Shown here one piece after another: positions 36,776-49,556 of a stretch of 64,000 nucleotides of DNA (its first letter is position 1; every line of letters begins with the position of its first letter). Source of the DNA: Octopus sinensis (Eukaryota); the NCBI RefSeq assembly GCF_006345805.1, contig NC_043010.1:56420001-56484000 (forward strand), in the 5' to 3' direction. Position numbers and translations under genes: made by a program. Below the pieces are notes generated by a model. It searched no databases. It saw only the letters and a program-made list of their open reading frames with translations, and had not been told where the DNA came from.

Positions 36776-38608
36776 TATATATATGCATATGCAAATATAT
36801 TATATAAATGTGGATGTGGATATGCATATGTATCATATATGTATGGGTGTGTGTATATATATATGTGTGTGTATGTATGTATGTATATATATATATATGC
36901 TTATATATCATATATGTATACTTGGAATGAAGGTGTTTCTCATCGCTTTTGTATGCCAAAATCCTTGATCAACACAAGATTACAGTAGAAGCCCCTTGAC
37001 CCCTGCTGGCATACAATGGAATCAAACCTGGAACCACAGACTTGTTTGTCCAGCCAGCCATTCCTGCAAGGCATTGTTACCATTCTTGAAGAGTTGGCTA
37101 TAAATCACATGAAACCAATAACAGAGAAATAATATTGGAAAACCTGTGAAAAATGAGAAACTGTCTGCAGTTGCATTGTGGGAAGGCTGGCTGGTCGGAA
37201 AGGATCAATTAGTTGTCATTTTAGGAAACAGACGCACTTAACGCTCGTTAACATTTAATGCAACACTTGCAACAACAGTGCACATGGCAACATGACTGTA
37301 TTGAGTACAGACACACAGACAGGACTGCTCCACCCAGAAACAGCTGAGGGAGGGGTGGAAACTGATCAATAAACCTGGGGGTAACCAACACTGCCTCCAC
37401 CCACCCAGCCAAGCATCTTCAACAGAACCACACTCTTGTCTGTACTAAAGGTCATCCATTGACCTTTATCACCTCAACACCACCTCCGTCTACACATTTA
37501 GCATTTCCTTTTACCCTGCTTGACCTCTCCTTGCTTTAGTGCATTGTGTCTGAGGTGGTGGTGGTGGTGGTAATGGTGGTACTGCTGCTGATAGTGGTAC
37601 TGATGGTGGCGGCGGCGGCAGCGGTGGTGGTGGTGGTGGTGGTGGTGGTGGTGGTGGTGGGTGAAAAGCCATGATGATGATGATGAGAAGGATGGCAGCA
37701 ATATTTGTCATTGTGAAAACAGAAGCATCACAGCCACCACCACCACCACCACCATCATCAATTTCATTGTAGTTCTCATTTGTAAATATCTTATTTCTGA
37801 ACAAGGGTTTCCAAAGCATGTTGAGGCCCTTATTGTATACCCTCACTCTTCTGTCATGAAGATCCCCCAATTAATGTTCCACCCCACCCCCCTCAACCTC
37901 CTTACACTCAACAACTGGTTATAAACCATTAACAATTAACATCAATTATAATTAGCTATTAATTTGCTAATTTATTCCACACCTAATTATAGATGATTAG
38001 CATCGTTTGTTAAAATTAAAGATATTCAATGAGAAATTATCAACTTTTTGTTATCTCTTCAAAGAATAATTTAGTAAATAACTTAATTATGAAGTTTAAT
38101 GATTTAAAAGTAAGAAAAGAGATGAGAGAATTGCTCAAGAGCTCAACATCATCTCAGCTGGTTTTGTGTTTTGTTTTCTGTTGCAAATGTAGTTTAAAGG
38201 ATTCCTGAGAGTGAGTGAGAGAGATAGAGAGAGAGAGGGAGAGAGAGACAAATAGAGAGTATGAGAGAGAGAGAGTGTGTGTGTGTGTGAAAGAGAGAGA
38301 GAGAGAGAGAGAGAAGTGTCCACTTGGCAGTTTTTCATCACTTTTACCCTTTTAACACTTTTTCATTTCTTTTACCCTAATATAATGGCAAAAGGTACAG
38401 ACACACTAATAATATCCCTCTCTTTCTCTCTCCCTCTCTCTCTCTCTCTCTCCCTCTGTATGTATATATATATATATTCTTTTACTCATTTATTTGTTTC
38501 AGTCATTTGACTACGGCCATACTGGAGCACCGCTTTTAGTTAGACACCAACATCAGTTGTCAAGCGATGGTTGGGGGGGGGGAATACAGACACAAACATA
38601 TACATATA

Positions 38609-38651
<43 letters not shown>

Positions 38652-38679
38652 TATATATATTATATATATATATATATAT

Positions 38680-38960
38680 GCCAGCGCCGCCTCGACTGGC
38701 TTCCGTGCCGGTGGCACGTAAAATGCACCAATCCAACCGTGGCCTTTGCCAGCCTCACCTGGCACCTGTGCAGGTGACACGTAAAAAGCACCCACTACAC
38801 TCACAGAGTGGTTGGCATTAGGAAGGGCATCCAGCTGTAGAAACATTGCCAGATAAGACTGGAGCCTGGTGCAGCCTTCTGGCTTCCCAGATCCCCGGTC
38901 GAACCGTCCAACCCATGCTAGCATGGAGAACGGACGTTAAACGATGATGATGATGATATC
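38680..38960 (+). mobile_element. RTE LINE 3' UTR and tail fragment
   Basis: Matches the 3' UTR at 60550-61087. Confidence 0.85.
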
Positions 38961-39276
38961 TATATCTATCTATATATATATATATAGACTTGTTTTATTT
39001 CTATTCCTGAGCGCCATACTAATACAATTGTTTGTTTGTATTCCACCTGCCTTCGTCTTTTGTTTATTTTCATAAAGCTTCCCGTTATATATATATATAT
39101 ATATACAATGGGCTTCTTTCAGTTTCTGTCTACCAAATCAACTCTCAAGGCTTTGGTCATCCCAAGGCTATAGCAGAAGACACTTGCCCAAGTATTCACA
39201 CAGCAGACTTGTTCTTTTAACCACCCTCAAAGAAAGAAGTTGCAGGGCATTAAGCGAGGACTCTCGGCTGGCCGCT

Positions 39277-39896
39277 CATGTGTATCATGTGTATCATGGT
39301 GACCCATCCATGCCACAGCGAATGTGTATCATGTGTATCATGGTGACCCATCCATACCACAGCGAATGTGTATCATGTGTATCATGGTGACCCATCCATG
39401 CCACAGCGAATGTGTATCATGTGTATCATGGTGACCCATCCATACCACAGCGAATGTGTATCATGTGTATCATGGTGACCCATCCATGTCACAGCGAATG
39501 TGTATCATGTGTATCATGGTGACCCATCCATGTCTCAGCGAATGTGTATCATGTGTATCATGGTGACCCATCCATACCACAGCGAATGTGTATCATGTGT
39601 ATCATGGTGACCCATCCATGTCACAGCGAATGTGTATCATGTGTATCATGGTGACCCATCCATGTCTCAGCGAATGTGTATCATGTGTATCATGGTGACC
39701 CATCCATGCCACAGCGAATGTGTATCATGTGTATCATGGTGACCCATCCATACCACAGCGAATGTGTATCATGTGTATCATGGTGACCCATCCATACCAC
39801 AGCGAATGTGTATCATGTGTATCATGGTGACCCATCCATGTCACAGCGAATGTGTATCATGTGTATCATGGTGACCCATCCATGCCACAGCGAATG
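39277..39896. repeat. Minisatellite, 44-bp unit, about 14 copies
   Basis: Unit gaatgtgtatcatgtgtatcatggtgacccatccat[gcca/acca/gtca/gtct]cagc; period 44 (gaccc at 39301 and 39345). Confidence 0.95.
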
Positions 39897-39991
39897 CAGC
39901 ATTCAGCCATTATAGATTACAGATTCAATTCTCATACTTCAAAAATCAAACACAAACTTTGAGAAAGAATTTACAATTAATGAATAATCTA

Positions 39992-40377
39992 GGCGCAGGA
40001 GGCGGCTGTGTGGTAAGTAGCTTGCTTACCAACCACATGATTCTGAGTTCAGTCCCACTGCGTGGCACCTTGGGCAATTCTACTATAGCCTTGGGCCGAC
40101 CAAAGCCTTGTGAGTGGATTTGATAGACGGAAACTGAAAGAAGCCCGTCATATATATATATTTGTGTGGGTTTGTGTGTCTGTGTTTGTCTCCCCCAACA
40201 TTGCTTGACAACCAATGCTGGTGTGTTTATGCCCCCGTAACTTGGCAGTTCAGCAAAAGAGACCAATAGAATAAGTACTAGGCTTACAAAGAATAACTCC
40301 TGCGGTCGATTTCCTTGACTAAAGGCAGTGCTCCAGCAAGGCCGCAGTCAAATGACTGAAACAAGTAAAAGAGTAAA
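39992..40377 (+). mobile_element. SINE family A, complete reference copy
   Basis: ggcgcagga start, tRNA-like head, central TA/TG tract, body and tail gcagtgctccagcaaggccgcagtcaaatgactgaaacaagtaaaagagtaaa. Confidence 0.92.
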
Positions 40378-40470
40378 TCTATATTTAAAATAGGGAGTTA
40401 CTTTTCAATTACCCTGTATATATATATGTGTGTGTGTGTACATATATATATAAACACACACACATATATA

Positions 40471-40687
40471 CATGAGGGGTGCTGAAAAGTTCCTAGCTTT
40501 AAGAGTTTCAAGAAAGGCCTGGTTGGAGGCTCCATCTCCCAAGTTCTTTGACAGGGCTCAGAAAAACTGAAGGACTGCTACAATGAGTGTGTGAATCCGA
40601 GAGGGGAATACGTTGAATAAGATCATAATTAACTGATCCTCCTGTATTTTTTTTACCCAACGCCAGGAACTTTCCAGCATCCCTTTG
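40471..40687 (+). mobile_element. Mariner-derived MITE (217 bp)
   Basis: TA|catgaggggtgctgaaaagttcctagc ... gccaggaactttccagcatccctttg|TA. Internal KLKDCYNECVNPRGEYVE* matches a mariner transposase C-terminus. Confidence 0.8.
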
Positions 40688-40964
40688 TATACATATCCAT
40701 CACTCCCTCTGCTGTCTGCCTTTCTCTTTCTCCCTCTCTCCACACTATAAATCCTACTTTTCATTATTCATTTTACACACCACCCCCTTTAATTATACTT
40801 TCTTCCAATCTTTCTGCTCTTAGTTTCTCCAAGTAGGGTTCCACTACTATTCTATCTCCATTCTGTCAACCAACACAGTTATTCATTTTTGCACTTCTCT
40901 CTGATACATGCTACCTTTCTCCATAAAGCTTATTGTATTCACTTCTTTCTTAATACTTTCTCTC

Positions 40965-41021
<57 letters not shown>

Positions 41022-41249
41022 GCCTATTTACATTTTATGTATGCCTTGTAGTCTTATTATCCTTCTCTCTGATTTATTCCTAACTTTTTTATCAGAATAA
41101 GGTAAATGTGCTGAGGCTGGAAAGAAATGAGGTGAGCATGGAGCCCTGGTAATCTGAATGAATAACAGCAAAACACAAAGTCTGCAGAATGGGTAGTGGT
41201 GGTGGCAGTGGCAGTGGCAGTGGCAGTGGCAGCAGCTTATTCTATGGGT

Positions 41250-41327
41250 CTCTTTTGCCAAACTGCTAAGTTATGGGGATGTTAACACACCAACATTAGT
41301 GTCAAGTGATGACAGAGGGATAACACA

Positions 41328-41404
<77 letters not shown>

Positions 41405-41562
41405 GAAGTCTTTCAGTTCTATCAACCAAATCCAATCACAAGGCTTCAGTCAGCCTAAGACTGTAGTAGAAGACACTTGCCCAAGGTAGCACGCAGTGGG
41501 ACTGAACCCAGAACCATGTGATTGGGAGGTAAGCTGCATACCACACAGCCACTCTTGCACCT
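41250..41562 (-). mobile_element. SINE family A, older copy with an expanded internal CA/TA tract
   Basis: Head at 41400-41562 and body at 41250-41330, both reverse complement. Confidence 0.75.
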
Positions 41563-42106
41563 ATACAGAGAGAGAGTGTGATAGATATAGTTAGATATAG
41601 ACATAGATGTGTATGTATGTATATATGTATGTGTGTGCATATATACACACATACATATATACATACATGTGTGTATGTATATATATATATATATACAAAC
41701 ACATATACATATACACAAATACATGTATATATATACATACATACACACACATATGCATACAGATACACATACACACATGTATTCCTTCTACCTATAAGAC
41801 AATATCAAGGAATTCGTTATTCATTAACATCTCCCCCACACCACGTCAGCCCCACCCCATACCTTCAGGTTCCAATATTGGTCAGTAGGGTGGGGGAGTG
41901 AGAGGTGAAGGCAGACCATTCAACAATAGATTCTTTTCAGACTTTAGCTCAGCAAGATCACTGATCCTAGTAAATGGCTTCTTTTGTTTGGTCTGTTCTA
42001 TGGCTTCCTGGATGTGGCATACATTGGGGGCGGCCAGAGGAGGAGGGATACATATATATAAAGAGAGAGGGAGATAGCTGTGTGTGTATATCTATGTGTA
42101 TGTATG

Positions 42107-42137
<31 letters not shown>

Positions 42138-42787
42138 ATGTATGTATATATATATATGTATGTATGTATATAGGCTATGGAATTAGATGGTGTTGGTGTT
42201 GATATCTGAAAAGAGAGGAAAGAAGTGCTCAGTGCTGAGTGTACATGTGGAGGAGAATGGGTGAGGTGAGGGATATGTGGTGGTGTTTAGCCCCAAGCTA
42301 GTCTTGGCCCTGCAGACCTACAATCAAAGACGTTCCAGCCATGACCATCTTTATTTTTGCATATCAAAAACCAACAATGGTGATGGTGGTAGTGGTGGTG
42401 GTGTTTAGACTGAAATGGTGTTAGAGGCTATATGAACAATGGTTATCATTATATGCAGGGTTAGAGATTATGAACTGTATTGAAGACAATGACTTTATGG
42501 TATATAATGGGGGTGGGGGAGAGTGTATAATATATATATACGTGTGTATATGTATTTATATATATGTGTGTGTTGTGTAGCATCTATATTATAGTGTGTA
42601 GTTTACAGTGTGTATATATATTGTAGCGTGGTGTAACATATATATGTATGTGTGTGTGTGTGTATGGAGAGAGAGAGAGAGAGAGAAAGAGTATATCTGC
42701 ACTTGTGTTGCCATATATGTGTATGTATATACTATATATGTGTTTGTGGGTGTGTGTGCGCACATATCTGCATATATCCCTTATCTC

Positions 42788-42822
<35 letters not shown>

Positions 42823-44158
42823 CTGTACATCTACAAACACCACACGTATACATATGGGTGTTTTATATGAAAGAATGTGATAGAGAGATGGAGGTGATAA
42901 TGCAAAACAAAAGCTGGAGCAATGGTTTTATGTGTGTCTAGGCATGGCTGTGTGTGAGCACAAATGTGTTCCTGTGTGTGTGTGTCTGTGTATATACAGG
43001 TGTGTTTGGAATGGCTCTATACTGTGTAGGTATGTATAAAAACATATTTTAGTGTGTGTGTGTTATTGTGAAGAATCAGTGGTGAAAATAAAGACTGGCT
43101 GTGATTGTAGTTTGGTTGGAGTCCAATATCAGATTGCTTGGATTAGAATTGGATCTATTGAAGGTTTGTGTGGAGATAAAAGAACAATATGCCCCCCCAC
43201 ATAGATTGGATAGTGACGAGGGGTGGAGTGACAGTGTTAGCAGCATGATGCTATAGTTGGGGGTTTATTAGCAATACTTTCATTCAGGGTTCAAGCCTTA
43301 TCACTGCAACCAAGTTTATTTGTTTAGGTTTTGTAAACAATGACGAACCCATTACTGCCTGAAGGTGTTAGTTATTCAATCATTCATTAATCATCATCAC
43401 CTTCAATCAAACATCAATGTTCCCTGCTGGTATGGGTTGGACACTTTGACAGGAACCAGTGGGTCCAAGGACTGCATTGTGATCCAGGGTCTGCTTTAGT
43501 ATGGTTTGGTGTCCTTCCTAACCCCAACCCCTTTGTAGCATGAACTGGGTGCTTTTTCCATGGCACCAGCACTAGGGAGGTCGCCATGCAGTTTGAGGTA
43601 GGTGGTGGGGAGGTCAGTTTCATGCTAGGGGATGAGGGGGTTTGCTATTAGAGGTGGTGAGCAGAGAAGGTTCCTGCACACAGATTTGTGGTCATTCACA
43701 TCTAGTACAGGGGTAAAAAAAAAGGGGATGGAGAGAGAAGATGATGAGTAAGAGGTGCAAGACTTGGATAATGGTGATAAGGTGGTCAGGTTGCTCCTGG
43801 GGACAGGGGCTGAATGAAATATGTGGGTAATGGAAGGTGAATGGGTGGGGCACAGAGTAGGTAGGGTTGGTGAGGATGAGGCAAGAGAAATGAGATGAGG
43901 TAGAGAGAGAGAGAGATGCAAAAGAGTAGGGGTGGAGTGGCAGTAAGTATGAGGAGTAGTAAAGATTATACTGTAGGGTGGAGATACAACATCTCTGACA
44001 TCCCAAGTTGTACACTTTTATTTGGTTCCTAGCCAAGAGGGTCTCTACTGGTTTCCTGCTACCCATGATTACTCATTCTATAAAGAATGTTTCCATATCT
44101 ACTTCCTGATCTGTCAACCTGGAGCCACTTCTCTCTCTTTCTCTTTCTCTCTCTCTCG

Positions 44159-44207
<49 letters not shown>

Positions 44208-44871
44208 TCTGTCCATCCTGATCTTCCCCATCAACCACACACCCCACCCTTCTCTGCCCTTATCTATCCTCTTACACTCTTATAGAACTACCCTCTCTAC
44301 TCCCGTCCAATCCACCATCCATATCCTTTCTTGTGCACACCTTCTGCTGGTATCTTGACCATTTATTGTGGCACCCCAGCACCACCATCTTTAACTCCTT
44401 CCCTCTTACTCCCAGCCACCCTTATATAATGTTGGGTTGCCATGCGTAGCATCTGAAGGTAGACAACTGTGTTTGTTTCTCTTCTACTTTAGCCTCTGAG
44501 CACTTGGCATAAAGACACCTTCCCTTCTTCTCAAATACTCTTCCTACTTAGTCAAGTGAGGTATTTCCTTTTCTTTTCTTGTCTTGTAACTTCCGTGTGA
44601 CACTGGCACTAGTGACATTACTGGTGCCAGTGTCACAAGAATTGCATCCAATAGACATTGTAAAGTGGATGATGTTAGGAAGGGTGTCTAGCTGCAGAAG
44701 TCCTGCCAAAGCTGACACTGGGGTTTGATGCAGTCCTGCTGCTTGCTGGATCTTCTTCAACCGTCCGTTTCCTGCCAGCATGGAACAAAACAAATGTTAA
44801 ATGATGATGATGATGATAATGACGACGGCGACGTAAATAGGTGAGTAGACAAATGAAAGAAAGAGGCATTT

Positions 44872-44932
<61 letters not shown>

Positions 44933-44936
<4 letters not shown>

Positions 44937-45598
44937 AAATATTATTAGAGACAAAACCACTATTTTGCAAAACAAACAAGGAAAGACTTAATCAATACAT
45001 AAAATTTTAATAAATAGTCAAAAAAACCGCCACTACAATCGTTTCTTGTCTTGATCGACAATCTTCAGGTGGACTTCCAATCTAAAAAATCAAAATTTTA
45101 AAATATAAAAATAATAATTTTAAATAATTAAAGTATAAATGAAAAAATATAAGTATATAATCCATATATAACCTATATATAATCCATATCGAAAATATAG
45201 ACAAATTACCACGAATTCCCTAAAAAAAACCATGATAAAACAAAACTCTTAAAAACATATAACGATAAAATCTCCCTTTGCTAAACTCTAAAACAAACCT
45301 ATATAGTAATCCCCCTAACCTAAACATTCACACACAAATACACACACGTAAACCACAGACCCACGACTTATACACATACCTATACTAACTTATAAACCTC
45401 AATATACACCAAAACCCACTCCTCCCACACAGACAAATTAACACATACATCCCAAAACCTAAATAACAAACCCAAGAAATAACAAGAAACGATTGTAGTG
45501 GCGGTTTTTTTGACTATTTATTAAAATTTTATGTATTGATTAAGTCTTTCCTTGTTTGTTTTGCAAAATAGTGGTTTTGTCTCTAATAATATTTTATA
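44933..45598. mobile_element. Penelope-type end with a perfect 117-bp inverted duplication (44933-45049 / 45482-45598)
   Basis: Arms are identical base for base by eye; 432-bp spacer; a hammerhead motif overlaps the left arm. Confidence 0.85.
45030..45072 (-). ncRNA. Minimal type I hammerhead ribozyme motif
   Basis: CCAC CUGAAGA UUGUC gaucaa GACAA GAA AC gauu GU A GUGG: complete core, 4-bp stem I, 5-bp stem II, short self-complementary stem III and a GUA cleavage triplet. Confidence 0.7.
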
Positions 45599-45724
45599 AT
45601 ATTTTACTATAAAATTGGATTTAATCCTAAATCTGATTTTTTTCCCTGTAAATTTGGATTTATTCCCTAATATTTATTATTATATATGTATATATATATA
45701 TATGTATATATATATGTATATATG

Positions 45725-45789
<65 letters not shown>

Positions 45790-45793
45790 TATA

Positions 45794-45841
<48 letters not shown>

Positions 45842-46099
45842 TACAGTACTGCCCCCTTCTAGCATTGCCAAGCAGCATTGATGGTTCATGCTGCATGGAC
45901 CCCCATCACAAGTCATAGACCCCCATCACAGAGAATTGGTACAGCTGCATCATTAACATTCAGAAGCTGCCAGTTTCTGCTGAATCAAGTCATCACAATA
46001 GAAATTCGCTTCACACCCTGAAACACAAAAGCAACAACAACAAATTTCAATGAATTATGCTGTTGTTGTTGTTTAACTCCAAGGTCTGTTCTTATTGAG

Positions 46100-46805
46100 C
46101 AAACCTTTAATCAAAATTTTAGAATGGATCTTACAAACCTTTGTGACAAGAGAACTGGTAATTATGCTAACTCTGTGTAAAACCCTAGTTCTGAGCAGAT
46201 TAGATCCCTGACCACAGCTTTGGTCTCCTAACTCATCCAGTCTCATAGAAGAGGTTGAAGACTTACAAAGAACATTTACCAGTAAAATATCTTTGGTTAA
46301 AAGCCTTCATTACTGGGGACGCCTGAAAGCTCCTCATCTCTACTCTCCTGGATGCCTAAGAGATAGATATACTATCATACACATACGGAAAATTCTAGAG
46401 GGGGCATGCTCCAAACTTTGGCACCAGGGAGATCTTTAATGTATAGACTGGCAGATACTGTCCGCTTCCAAATATGCCACATTTGAAATAATCACAACAA
46501 AACACTCTATTGTACAAGTTTGACATTTAGGGGTCCTCTGCTGTTCAACTGGTTGCCTAAAGAAATCAGAAGCATAAGGGGACCCTCTACCGAAACATTA
46601 AAGAGAAGACATTGAATAATAAACTCCTAACGACGACAGCAGAAGAGCCAAGAATTCAAGACTAGACTGTGGGATGGTCAGCTGATACAAGCTCAATCAT
46701 AGACCAACTTACAGCATAAAATGACAACAAAACCAATAGAAAATAAGTTATGGTGGTGCTCCAGTATGGCCACAGTCCTACAACTGAAATCATTAAAACA
46801 ATAAA
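46100..46805 (+). pseudogene. Older decayed CR1-type LINE 3' end
   Basis: WILQTFVTREL...QLWSPN...VEDLQRTFTSKI...HYWGRLKA..LYS...DRYTIIHIRKILEG. Same family and tail (ggtggtgctccagtatggccacagtc...ctgaaa) as 3955-4495. Confidence 0.7.
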
Positions 46806-47694
46806 AAATCTGTTCTGCACTTACAGTGGCGTCTGGTCTGGCCAGCAATGTATTGTATTGTTTGTGGCTTCTATTTCCAGCAGGTAGAGTGACCCTATGT
46901 GTCCCCTATCAGTTTGCTAAGTGAAGCCAGACAAGCTGAAGGACCCTTCCTTCCCCAATTGACCCAACTGAATGGAGCTCCTTGACATCTGGACCTGTTC
47001 AAAGTAACATCATGAACCCTAGAACACCAGACGTTCTTATACACTGTCGGCAGAGCCCTTCACATTGTAGTGGCCACCACACCTTAAACTACTTGATCCT
47101 CTACACCAAGGGTTCTCAACCATTTTCAATCTATGGACCCCTTTGATTATTATTTGATTCTGGTGAACCCCCAAAGCCATTCGATGTTTGAAATCTAGTT
47201 TTATAAGAACTTTCTCTCAAAATTTCTGTTTTGTTTTTTCACACATTGTGTTGGCCGCAACCATGTAAAACGTTAAACACCCAGCTGCTTCTTGCAATAC
47301 ATACATCCAAAGCAAAAGGTTTTTGCAGGGGCCCTTAAAATACTATTGTGGATCACCAATTTACTATTTTGTTGTGTGGACCCCTCCCCAATCTTATATG
47401 GACGCTCAGGGACCATATGGCCTCTGGTTGAGACACACTGCTCTACATTAAACTAGGATATCACACACATAGTCAATTGAGGCTGGGCCTTCCCAAGGCC
47501 CTCCATGGAGCATTAGTCCTGCGGTTGACTCGCTAATACTTTGAGGATTCCAGGGCAGTGTCTGTAGGAGATGTATGAGAGTACCAGTGCTGTTGTTTGG
47601 GGTATTTTGGAGTACTTTGTAGTCCCTTGGACTTCATGAGACATGATACACACATGCACACACACACACACACACACATTCATATATATATATG

Positions 47695-47730
<36 letters not shown>

Positions 47731-49232
47731 TACATACATACATACAGATAGCTAGACAGAAGACAGCAAGAGAAAGTGAGTGAGTGATATTAAATAGATA
47801 TAAATATTTACAGAGAGAGTGAATAAAAGTGGAGAGAACCCATCTCCACCCCTGACTGTAGGGTGTTGCCCCCCTTCCATCCGTCACCACCATCTCCAAA
47901 CTATGTAAAGGTCAAGAGATGTGTCATGAAAGGGAACAACTTTACTGTCTGTTATTTTTCTTACACCCTGCCACTCCTATCATAATAATAGACTATTCCA
48001 CATTGTGTTCCAAGCATAAACATTCTCATATGTACGCATACACACAGACACACATATATATATATATAGATATCCACATTACATATGCAGCCATAGATAA
48101 ACATACCTATATAAACAAAAACATATATATACATACGCACACATACATATGTACACATGCACATTCATACACACACATACATATATATATATACAGTATA
48201 TATGTATATACATATATATATATATATATATACATATATACATATATATATATATATATCATTGTATTGTGTTCTTTTTGTGTTACTTTCTTTTAACCAT
48301 TTTCAGTTTTACTTTGCATGATATACATGTGTGTGTGTGCTTTCATATATATGTATATATATCTGTGCGTATATATATTATATGTGAGTGTATGTAGAGA
48401 GACAGAGAGAGACAGAGAGAGACAGAGAGAGGTGGGGAGAGGCTATGAAGTCTCTGATAAACATAGACACATACATAAACATTCTTAAAAAGACATAAAC
48501 ATACATGGAATGTGATGAAGGTATATACACACTCTATACACACTGCACACCCTATACAACACCAACCCATAACAAGACACCTTCCTGCCCACACCACCAC
48601 CTTCTCTAAATAGACAAAGATGTTTGAAGTGAAACTTCCCTCTTTCTAAACAGGGGTGACAGTTGGTGTATATACATGTGTGTGGGTGTGTATGTATCCA
48701 TATATATATATTTGTGTATGTGTATGACAGTGTACATACATGCATGTATGTGTGTGTGCATACTTATGTATGTACATTTGTTGTTTGTGCTTATATCACT
48801 AATACATGTGTGTGTATGTGTGTGTGTGTATATATATCTACTTGGTATGTGAGTGTATGTCATGTGTGTATATAATACATGTATGTATACATTATGTGGT
48901 GTGGGTGAGGGTAAGGGTATATATAAGGCTATGTCTAATAGGGAGTGTATATTTGAACCTACCACAGCTCCTCCAAAGCCACTGTTTCAGTTGTATTCCC
49001 TCAATGTACCCCTATGTTATACCCCACAGGGGCTACCCCCAGGGTACCACACAACTGTAATGTACAGTATTTCTGTTATGAAGCTGTATAAAACATCTTA
49101 TAAGCAGACTTTCAGGATTAATTAAAAACATTCAGGGATCAAAATACCCACATCCATATCAGATATCAGTTCCATTGTGGGACAACTTGGACGACTGTCT
49201 TCTACAATAATATGTGCGTGTGTGAGTCTGAA

Positions 49233-49556
49233 GGCAATGTGGCTGAGTGGTTAGGGATATTTGGTTCATGGTTGTAAGGCTTTGAGTTCTATTCCCAACA
49301 GTGCATTGTGTCCTTAAGCAAGACACTTTATTTCACATTGCTCCAGTCCACTCAGCTGGCAATAATGAGTGGTACCTGTAATTCACAAGGGGCCAGGCTT
49401 GTCTTATTCTGTGTGATGGCTGAATCTCCCTGAGAACTACGTTAGGGGTACATGTGTCTGTGGAGTGCTCAGCCACTTGCACATGAATTTCACAAGCAGG
49501 CTGTTCTCTGACTGGATCAGCTGGAGCATTTATCATCATAACCAACAGAGTGCCAG
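49233..49556 (+). mobile_element. tRNA-derived SINE family C (Meta/V-core-like)
   Basis: tggctgagtggttagg A-box and gagttctattcc B-box, then gtgtccttaagcaagacactttatttcacattgctccagtccactcagctgg, which resembles conserved SINE core domains. Confidence 0.65.

Noticed and set aside
39277-39896. Regular repeat array as a possible CRISPR
   Set aside because: Units are contiguous with no unique spacers, there are no cas genes, and the context is eukaryotic.
44596-44636. 19-bp-arm hairpin tgtgacactggcactagtg/tactggtgccagtgtcaca
   Set aside because: Lies within an old RTE 3' UTR fragment built from repeated ggtgcc/ggcacc units, so it is explained by the repeat.
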